DNA from: an uncultured Siphonobacter sp.
Lineage (GTDB): Bacteria > Bacteroidota > Bacteroidia > Cytophagales > Spirosomataceae
DNA: 32,000 nt
Assembly: GCA_913775095.1 (NCBI GenBank)
Contig: CAJYIW010000007.1
Span: 1 to 32,000, forward strand
Direction: 5' to 3'
In this document: in pieces, positions 25,610 through 32,000 of the stretch
How the letters are laid out: every line of letters begins with the position of its first letter
Position numbering within the stretch: position 1 is the stretch's first letter
Position numbers and translations under genes: made by a program
The notes under the pieces: generated by a model
Database searches by the model: none
What the model saw: only the letters and a program-made list of their open reading frames with translations
Told to the model about the DNA's origin: nothing

Positions 25610-26131
25610 ATGGACGACCTGTCAGCCCTTATTGAAGCCTGTATCCGGCACGATCGCATTGCTCAGCGTAAGCTGTATGATCGGTATAAAAAAGCCATGT
25701 TTTCACTGGCTTACCGCATGACGGGCGACTTTGACCTGGCTCATGATGTCCTGCAGGAAGCCTTTATTGAAATGTTTCGTCACCTTGAGGATTTCAGAAA
25801 AGAAGCTTCTTTCGGACGATGGCTGAAAACAATTGTGATTCGAAAGGCCTACCGATACATGGAAAAAGCTAAGCTCTGGATATCTGAAGTCCCGGAAGAA
25901 CTGATTTCGGACACGGGTTATGCTCAGGCAGAATCGGCTCATCTGGAAAAGGCTATCCTGAGTTTACCCGATGGATGCCGGGCTGTTTTTCTGATGATCG
26001 AGGTAGAAGGATACACCCATCGGGAAGTAAGCGAGTTACTGGGTATCTCCGAGGGTACCTCAAAGTCGCAGCTTCATGCCGCTAAACGGAAGCTGCGGGA
26101 CATTTTAAAATCACCTGCCTTAATCAGCTAG
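25610..26131 (+). CDS. ECF-type RNA polymerase sigma-70 family factor
   Basis: 173 aa. Region 2 (LYDRYKKAMFSLAYRMTGDFDLAHDVLQEAFIEMF) and region 4 HTH (YTHREVSELLGISEGTSKSQLHAAKRKL). Confidence 0.92.
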   Translation: MDDLSALIEACIRHDRIAQRKLYDRYKKAMFSLAYRMTGDFDLAHDVLQEAFIEMFRHLEDFRKEASFGRWLKTIVIRKAYRYMEKAKLWISEVPEELISDTGYAQAESAHLEKAILSLPDGCRAVFLMIEVEGYTHREVSELLGISEGTSKSQLHAAKRKLRDILKSPALIS

Positions 26132-26136
26132 AGACC

Positions 26137-26655
26137 ATGAAAATGCCAGCTTTACCCGAATATGAGCCAGATGAAGAGTTATGGCGAAAAATCGAGAATC
26201 AACTTCAATGGCAACAGCTTCCCGACTATGAGCCCGCTGAGGAGGCCTGGGAGAAGATAGAATTACACTTACCCCGGAAAAATAAATTTCCGCGAAGCTG
26301 GGCCCGTGGCCTGGCTGCCGGATTGGTTCTGTTGACCGGACTCTCTTTCTGGCTGGTTACGCAGCAAAAGAAGGTAAGGGTTAGCAGCGAACCGATGGAA
26401 TGGGCAGTGATGGGGGAGTCTTCCCTGGATGAGCAGCAGAAACGGCTGGAATTGATGTGTGAAAAAGAGATCGTTACCTGTCAGCAACCGGAAGTTCGGG
26501 AAATCAGAACGGAACTGGCCCGCCTCAGAGAAGCCAGTGAACGACTGCATCAACAGACCGGGATGTATCATAATGACCCTCAGGTAATGACCTGGGAAAG
26601 CCAGCTGGATGACCAGAGGGCCGAATTATTAAAGCGTCTGGCCCAACTCATATAG
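26137..26655 (+). CDS. Putative single-pass anti-sigma factor (non-ZAS)
   Basis: Starts 5 nt after the sigma stop. Duplicated cytoplasmic motif LPEYEPDEELWRKIENQL / LPDYEPAEEAWEKIELHL, one TM helix (GLAAGLVLLTGLSFWLV), and a coiled-coil-like C-terminus. No HxxxCxxC motif. Confidence 0.55.
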   Translation: MKMPALPEYEPDEELWRKIENQLQWQQLPDYEPAEEAWEKIELHLPRKNKFPRSWARGLAAGLVLLTGLSFWLVTQQKKVRVSSEPMEWAVMGESSLDEQQKRLELMCEKEIVTCQQPEVREIRTELARLREASERLHQQTGMYHNDPQVMTWESQLDDQRAELLKRLAQLI

Positions 26656-26661
26656 AAAAAG

Positions 26662-27543
26662 ATGAAAACAATTATTCAACAGGTAGGCCTATGGGGCATT
26701 GGCTGGCTGTTCAGCCTCTCGGGTTATGCCCAAACCACACTTCAGGTGGTAAGCCGATCTATAGAGCAGCATTACGAAGGAATAAAAGGTTTAAATATTG
26801 TTGCTGACCGAGCTGACGTAGAAGTTCGGGCCTGGGATAAACCCCACATACAGGTGCAGGTGAATTTATCAGCCCGTCATCCGGATGGCAGCGTAGCTCG
26901 TCGGGAACTGGAATCCCTTCAGTTCGTTGGTGAGCGTTCCGGCAAACAATTATTCCTCAGAAATCTGATTGTTACTCCCGCTTCCGGAAAATTATCATCT
27001 TCCTTCAAAACAAACCTGGTGATCTGGCTTCCTGCGGCTTGTGGTTTAACGATCAAACAAAATTTCGGGTTGCTGAGACTAGAGGGACTTCGGGCGAATG
27101 TTCAGGCCTCCACGGAGTTCTCAAACATGAGTATTCATCAGATTCAGGGAAATGTTGAAGTCAAAAGCCAGTACGGAAATCTGGAAGCCTCACGTATTAC
27201 GGGAAAAATCAGAGTAAACTCCGAATATACGAAACTGAAAGTGGAAGAGCTCAGAGGGATCTGTTCCGTCTACGCTCAGGGTGGAAGGGCTCAGATAAAA
27301 GTGAGCAGGCAACTTATGAAACTGGAAGTGAGGGCTCAGAAGACGGACGTTCTGGTGTTAAAAGAAGATGATACGCCTTTCAATTATCAGCTTCAGGCTT
27401 CACATGGCAATCTGGACTTACCCCACAAACTCAACTTTATCTGGGAACAAAATACACCTGCCGAGCGAAAAGCATTCCTGAAATCTAAAAAAGGTGGCCT
27501 GATCGACATCCAAACCTCTTTTGCTACCGTCAGCCTTCAATAA
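26662..27543 (+). CDS. Secreted beta-strand-repeat protein (DUF4097/adhesin-like)
   Basis: Signal peptide (LWGIGWLFSLSGYAQ) followed by repetitive short beta-strand segments (GNVEVKSQYGNLEASRITGKIRVNSEYTKLKVEELRG). Family assignment is from memory only. Confidence 0.5.
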   Translation: MKTIIQQVGLWGIGWLFSLSGYAQTTLQVVSRSIEQHYEGIKGLNIVADRADVEVRAWDKPHIQVQVNLSARHPDGSVARRELESLQFVGERSGKQLFLRNLIVTPASGKLSSSFKTNLVIWLPAACGLTIKQNFGLLRLEGLRANVQASTEFSNMSIHQIQGNVEVKSQYGNLEASRITGKIRVNSEYTKLKVEELRGICSVYAQGGRAQIKVSRQLMKLEVRAQKTDVLVLKEDDTPFNYQLQASHGNLDLPHKLNFIWEQNTPAERKAFLKSKKGGLIDIQTSFATVSLQ

Positions 27544-27548
27544 CATCT

Positions 27549-29012
27549 ATGAAAAAAAGTCTATTAGTGCTGCTTTTATCCGGATTAACCCAGCTCCTTT
27601 ATGCTCAGAATGATAGTATCAGTGTTGAGTACACTACCGAAATTGATACTTCATTCGTGGTGAAAAAACGATTGCTGGATACTTACGGAGATGTATTTCA
27701 AAGTCAGGTTCCCACCCGAAGTATATTCAAGGTAGTATTACCCCTGGGAACAGCCAAAAATAATTTCCCCCCTCTGATGCTCATTCCTGATGCTTTTGAA
27801 AATCGCACCCTTCAGCGAGTAGGATTTATTCGTCTGGCCTATGAACGAAAGTTTAGTCCGGCCTGGTCCATTAATACTGAACTGGCTATTCCGTCCGGTA
27901 TAGCAGGTAATGTGGTTAATTCGTTACGGTTTATGATTCAGCCTCGCTGGTATTATCGCATGAACGAACGAATACGAACGGGGAAAAGCGTCGATAATGT
28001 TTCCGAGAACTACGTAGGTCTTTCGCTGGAATCTTCCTTTCGTTTTATGCTTAATCGTTATGTAAATAATCCCGGTTTGGGTTACAGTAATCAGGATATT
28101 GCTGTAGTATATGGCATTCAGCGACGATTCAGGAAACGGGGATTAATTGATTTTTCGGTTCGTGGGGGAGTCAATTTTAATCGGTATAATGATTATCTTA
28201 ATTCTAGTTTAATTAATTCGGGGCGGTATAACTGGTTCCTGGAGACCAGAACTTTAGTAGGCTTAGGTTTCACCAAATATTCCCAAAAAGCGTCTTCCAA
28301 TTGCGAAATACTAAGCTGTTTTGATCCCATCCAATCCCTCTGGAAGATTGATTTAAATAACCCAATCCGTTTTTCTAACAATGATAACTATTTCAGAACC
28401 TCAGTAGCTTATGAGCGAAAACTAGGCTCTAGTCCTTTTTCTCTTCAACTCGAAAGTAGCCTTTACGGTCGTAATTTTCAGTTTACTAGCGGGTACGCTC
28501 ACTCAGACCTGGTTAATCGCAGTGAAGTTATGTCCCGAATGGGACAAGTCAGCTTAGCCCTGGAGAGTCGATATTACTACAATATGAATAAACGAATACG
28601 GCGAGGGAAACAGTCGGATAATTTATCGGGTAATTTTTTTACGATAGGTTATATGAGGGAAAGGCTCTGGGGTAAAACTACGAATAACAACAGTTCAATA
28701 AGCATCGTCGCGTCCGAACAATACCTCAGCCTTCAGAAATCAAAACACACTTATGGAGACGCTTATCTGGCCTGGGGAGCACAGCGACGTTTGTTTATCA
28801 ATGGGTTTCTGGAATTGAAGGCAGGGTTAAGAATGCCAGTATGGCAGTCGGCCATTAATAACTATTATACAACACACATAAAAAATGGACAGGTAGAAGA
28901 AGGTAATCGTGAAGGGTTGGGGCTGTATGATAAACGACGTAACCACAGGGTAGGGGGCGTGTATCCCTTCGTAGATCTCAAAATTGGTCTGGCCTGGGCT
29001 AAACACAAATAA
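27549..29012 (+). CDS. Secreted/outer-membrane hypothetical protein with a two-fold internal duplication
   Basis: Signal peptide MKKSLLVLLLSGLTQLLYAQ. Two ~200-aa halves share AYERK(F/L), (W/Y)YY.MN.RIR.GK..DN.S.N(Y/F) and G.QRR(F/L) motifs. No family recognised. Confidence 0.6.
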   Translation: MKKSLLVLLLSGLTQLLYAQNDSISVEYTTEIDTSFVVKKRLLDTYGDVFQSQVPTRSIFKVVLPLGTAKNNFPPLMLIPDAFENRTLQRVGFIRLAYERKFSPAWSINTELAIPSGIAGNVVNSLRFMIQPRWYYRMNERIRTGKSVDNVSENYVGLSLESSFRFMLNRYVNNPGLGYSNQDIAVVYGIQRRFRKRGLIDFSVRGGVNFNRYNDYLNSSLINSGRYNWFLETRTLVGLGFTKYSQKASSNCEILSCFDPIQSLWKIDLNNPIRFSNNDNYFRTSVAYERKLGSSPFSLQLESSLYGRNFQFTSGYAHSDLVNRSEVMSRMGQVSLALESRYYYNMNKRIRRGKQSDNLSGNFFTIGYMRERLWGKTTNNNSSISIVASEQYLSLQKSKHTYGDAYLAWGAQRRLFINGFLELKAGLRMPVWQSAINNYYTTHIKNGQVEEGNREGLGLYDKRRNHRVGGVYPFVDLKIGLAWAKHK

Positions 29013-29057
29013 ATCCTGAGGAAAGCATTAAAAAAAACCAGAGACAGGCGTTGTCCT

Positions 29058-29789
29058 TTGGTGAAGGGCGGCTGGAAAAGTACCTTTGCGAAGATTGATC
29101 CAAATAAAACCAGTCGCTACCTCTTGAATACCGCTCTTGCTCGTTTTCTTTCGCTCGTATTGCATCCCTTACTGATTCCAACGCTTTTGTTCGGAATCAT
29201 TTTTTATGCAGCCCCGATGGTTGTTGAGAATCTGGAAGTTTTCAATGAGCAGCAATCCGTCGATTTTTTTGGCCTGAAGCTATCGTTCAAAGCGGGGCTG
29301 TTATTGCTGGTCTTTTTCTTTACTTTTTTGATACCCAGTTATTTACTTTACGTTCTGTACCGGCTGAAGGTGATCAAAAGCCTGACGATGGAAAACCTGC
29401 AGGACCGGCGGTTGCCTTACCTGATGATTGTCGTTCTGTACACCATTTTTTCCTACGCTTCTTTCCGGTACATGACGCTCCTGCCTGAGGTCACGGTAAT
29501 CATGACCAGCATTACTTTCTCCATTTCCTGCGTAGCTTTCATTAGTTTGTACTGGCAGATTTCAGCCCACGCTACCGGAATGGGAGGGGTCATTGGCAGT
29601 TTACTGGCTCTGACGCTCAAGTTAGAACTGGGTGGTTTGCTGGCACCAGTGCTGGCCGTTATTGTGCTGACCGGTTTCTTAATGAGTGCCCGCCTGTATC
29701 TGAATGCTCACACGCCCCGTCAGATTATGGTGGGACTGTTGCTGGGTGCCGTCATTTGTAGCACCACCCTGTTTGTATTTATCCAGTAA
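29058..29789 (+). CDS. Polytopic membrane protein, divergent PAP2-like
   Basis: Six predicted TM helices. ISAHATGMGG resembles PAP2 motif C2 (PSGH). SARLYLNAHTPRQIMVG resembles C3 (SRxxxxxHxxxD) but with Q in place of D. The start is uncertain (TTG 29058 or GTG 29061; no upstream ATG). Confidence 0.5.
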   Translation: MVKGGWKSTFAKIDPNKTSRYLLNTALARFLSLVLHPLLIPTLLFGIIFYAAPMVVENLEVFNEQQSVDFFGLKLSFKAGLLLLVFFFTFLIPSYLLYVLYRLKVIKSLTMENLQDRRLPYLMIVVLYTIFSYASFRYMTLLPEVTVIMTSITFSISCVAFISLYWQISAHATGMGGVIGSLLALTLKLELGGLLAPVLAVIVLTGFLMSARLYLNAHTPRQIMVGLLLGAVICSTTLFVFIQ

Positions 29790-29805
29790 ACCAGAGCGAT
29801 ACAAA

Positions 29806-29838
29806 ATGCAAAAAGCCATCCCCGTCAAAAGGATGGCT
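29806..29838 (-). terminator. Rho-independent terminator after rpsU (also abuts the convergent PAP2-like gene)
   Basis: AGCCATCC-CCGTCAAAA-GGATGGCT, with TTTTT following on the minus strand. Confidence 0.8.
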
Positions 29839-29877
29839 AGATATGCCGTCGTAAAGAATCTTACTTCCTTACTGCAA

Positions 29878-30072
29878 CTATTGTTGCTCGCTTTCCTGCA
29901 TCTTCTGACGGTAAGCCGCCTTGATGACCTGGTGACGACGAGTGATTGAGGGCTTCGTAAACGCCATGCGAGAACGTAGTTCACGCATTACGCCCGTTTT
30001 TTCGAATTTCTTCTTGAAACGCTTGAGAGCCTTGTCAATGCTTTCGTTTTCTTTAACTTGAACGATAATCAT
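29878..30072 (-). CDS. rpsU: 30S ribosomal protein bS21
   Basis: 64-aa basic protein MIIVQVKENESIDKALKRFKKKFEKTGVMRELRSRMAFTKPS, a typical bS21 sequence. Confidence 0.95.
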   Translation of the reverse strand: MIIVQVKENESIDKALKRFKKKFEKTGVMRELRSRMAFTKPSITRRHQVIKAAYRQKMQESEQQ

Positions 30073-30118
30073 GTGTGTTATTCAGCAATTTGAATGGTTC
30101 AACTCCAAAACAGGATTG

Positions 30119-30126
30119 CAAATATA
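30119..30126 (-). promoter_or_regulatory. Candidate -7 promoter element for rpsU
   Basis: Minus strand TATATTTG, 47 nt upstream of the ATG. Confidence 0.45.
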
Positions 30127-30267
30127 CGCTTCTATTTCAAAATTTCAATAGTTTATTAACAACTTTGGCGAACGGTTTCCAAGGAAAGAAATCATTTCGA
30201 AGGGATTCCGGTAACTCCCGGTCCCTTTTTCTCCATTTAAATTAGCCAGGAGCCTCAGGCTCAGGGT

Positions 30268-31221
30268 ATGTGTCATATGAAACGTCAGGCAATCATCGAT
30301 CTGGGTACGAATACTTTTCAGTTAATGGTAGCTGAAATTCACGAAGGAAATTTCAAAATACTACACGATTCAAGTTCGCCCGCTAAAATTGGTGAAGGTG
30401 GAATTTCCGAAGGACGAATTTCCGAAGCGGCACTGGAGCGGGCCATTCATGTGCTGAAAGAGTTCCGCCAGATTACGGATGAATATGCTATCGCACCCGA
30501 TCAGATCACGGCTTTGGGAACCAGTGCCGTTCGTAATGCCTCCAATCAGGAGGAATTCTGCCAGCGGGTTTTAGTAGAAACAGGCATTGCCGTTACCATC
30601 GTGAAAGGCGAAGACGAGGCCAATCTGATCTACGAAGGCGTAAAAACCGGAATGAAGCTTAAAAAAGAAACCTCACTGATTGTCGATATTGGCGGGGGAA
30701 GCGTGGAGTTTATTCTGTGCAACGAAGACAAACTTTTCTGGAAACAAAGCTTTGAAATCGGTGGGCAGCGGCTGATGGATCGCTTCACTCAAACCGACCC
30801 GATTTTGCCCGATTCGGTCAGTAAACTGAACGAATTTCTGGAGCAGCAACTGGTGCCCTTAACCAATGCGGTTCATCAGTATGAAGCCCATGAACTGATT
30901 GGTTCGGCGGGTTCTTTCGAAACGCTGCTGGATATAGAATCCATTCGAAAAACGGGAGAATGGCCTGATCCTGAACTGACCAGTGCCGATTTGCCCCTGG
31001 CTTCCTTTATTGAATCTTACGAAACCTTCCTTACGTCTGACCGCGAAGAGCGACTGGCTATTCCCGGAATGAAGGCCTACCGGGCTGATATGATCGTGGT
31101 GGCTAGCTGCCTGATTGCGTTCCTGATTCGCAAATATCGCCTCCAGCAGATTCGAGTGTCGATGTTTGCCATGAAAGAGGGAATGCTGACCCGGATGAGC
31201 AGGGAAGCTGAAAATCGTTAA
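30268..31221 (+). CDS. Ppx/GppA-family phosphatase (short form, no HD domain)
   Basis: Actin-like ATPase motifs IDLGTNTFQLMV and VDIGGGSVEF. An alternative start is the ATG at 30277 (MKRQAIIDLG). Confidence 0.88.
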   Translation: MCHMKRQAIIDLGTNTFQLMVAEIHEGNFKILHDSSSPAKIGEGGISEGRISEAALERAIHVLKEFRQITDEYAIAPDQITALGTSAVRNASNQEEFCQRVLVETGIAVTIVKGEDEANLIYEGVKTGMKLKKETSLIVDIGGGSVEFILCNEDKLFWKQSFEIGGQRLMDRFTQTDPILPDSVSKLNEFLEQQLVPLTNAVHQYEAHELIGSAGSFETLLDIESIRKTGEWPDPELTSADLPLASFIESYETFLTSDREERLAIPGMKAYRADMIVVASCLIAFLIRKYRLQQIRVSMFAMKEGMLTRMSREAENR

Positions 31222-31409
31222 AAAAACTCAACGCCGCACGATCCAGAAGTCTTTTGCGTATCTTTTTAAACAAGTGCTTGGTTTAAAAGGTAAATAATAA
31301 GATTTTGGAAGCAGGGAAAGATTCATCAAGTGAAAGTCAAGCCAGAAGGCGATAAGCCCTATGGATTACTTCTGAATCACCTCTGCATTAATTCGGATTG
31401 ATTTGCGTA

Positions 31410-31871
31410 ATGGAAAGAAGACAATTCCTTCAGTTTTTTTTGGCTACCTCATTACTTGGCCCTGTACTCACGCAGGGGCAGGACAGACGATATCTGGTTG
31501 AAAAGACGGATTCCGAATGGAAACGGATTCTTACGCCGGAGCAATACTTTGTTACCCGTCAGAAGGGAACGGAGCGGGCTTTTTCCGGCAAATTCTGGAA
31601 TAACCGCGAGAAAGGTACCTATCGGTGCGTATGCTGTAGTGCAGAGTTGTTTCGGTCTGATGCTCAGGTTGATAACGGTAGTGGCTGGCCTACGTTTACC
31701 AAAGTAGCCAATCCCCGGAATGTGGAGGAACGGGAAACCCAGACGGGCCGGGGAAAAGAGCTGTCATGCAGTCGCTGCGGAGCGTACCTGGGGCAGCTTA
31801 CTCAGGATGGTTCAGCCCGATTGAAGTACACGATTAATTCAGCCGCCTTAAATTTTGAACGCGGTAAATAA
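31410..31871 (+). CDS. MsrB/SelR-domain protein with Tat-type signal peptide and substituted catalytic residues
   Basis: ERRQFLQFF twin-arginine motif. SelR-fold motifs TPEQYFVTRQKGTERAFSG and GWPTF, and both CxxC Zn pairs. RYCxNS is replaced by KYTINS and HLGHVF by YLGQLT. The track start at 31398 is TTG; the ATG at 31410 is preferred. Confidence 0.8.
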   Translation: MERRQFLQFFLATSLLGPVLTQGQDRRYLVEKTDSEWKRILTPEQYFVTRQKGTERAFSGKFWNNREKGTYRCVCCSAELFRSDAQVDNGSGWPTFTKVANPRNVEERETQTGRGKELSCSRCGAYLGQLTQDGSARLKYTINSAALNFERGK

Positions 31872-31880
31872 ATTGAACGG

Positions 31881-31909
31881 GGCCGATAGTTGACTATCGG
31901 CCTTTTTTT
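31881..31909 (+). terminator. Rho-independent terminator after the MsrB-like gene
   Basis: GGCCGATAGT-TG-ACTATCGGCC followed by TTTTTTT. Confidence 0.88.
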
Positions 31910-32000
31910 GTACTTTTCCAACCTGAGAGCCAGATGTCAAGCCTTATTTTTAATAGATAATTCGGTATAAAATTTGGTTTATTTATTGTGGAGTTCTATT

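Noticed and set aside
29679-29984. 101-aa minus-strand ORF and 81-aa plus-strand ORF (29704-29949) around rpsU
   Set aside because: They overlap the PAP2-like gene, the rpsU terminator and rpsU itself. rpsU is unambiguous, and these have no supporting motifs.
1-32000. Mobile genetic element, genomic island or defence system genes
   Set aside because: I recognised no integrase, transposase, recombinase, toxin-antitoxin, restriction, Cas or phage-like proteins in any of the six frames. Gene content is core metabolism and envelope functions.

Overview
This is a chromosomal, mostly housekeeping 32-kb window with about 25 protein-coding genes. I found no rRNA, tRNA, CRISPR array, transposase or integrase. 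The host is probably a Bacteroidota, Cytophagales-like genome (inference). Support: TAnnTTTG -7 promoter motifs lie 33-73 nt upstream of five start codons, Shine-Dalgarno sequences are largely absent, and the window has a TonB-dependent receptor and an ECF sigma module. Recognised genes, in order: metH; an MBOAT plus SGNH/DltD-like O-acyltransferase pair; DUF389; a signal-peptide-bearing SAM hydroxide adenosyltransferase (DUF62); an XdhC-family gene; a TonB-dependent receptor with a divergent AraC regulator; aldB-like aldehyde dehydrogenase plus DUF779; a tightly coupled cysteine desulfurase-NUDIX-fdhD operon; hemH; catalase; a solitary nuoH; asnS; a four-gene ECF sigma / anti-sigma / beta-strand-repeat / internally duplicated secreted-protein operon; a PAP2-like gene; rpsU; Ppx/GppA; and a Tat-signal MsrB-like protein lacking the catalytic Cys. 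The most unusual content is non-coding. A composite module occurs twice in the same orientation (1-545 and 10723-11345). It consists of a 7-bp microsatellite, a conserved ~40-bp linker, and three tandem ~160-bp multi-hairpin units. The two copies carry different heptamers. One stem shows a compensatory base-pair change between copies. Indels between copies are all frame-preserving. Several other intergenic regions hold related GTT-initiated short-period repeats that form GT-rich/AC-rich long hairpins. A tandem pair of ~100-nt elements upstream of aldB each encodes the same 11-codon mini-ORF, and the copies differ only by synonymous changes. None of these could be matched from memory to a known RNA family or mobile element. 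All functional interpretations are hypotheses that need genome-wide searches and transcript data.
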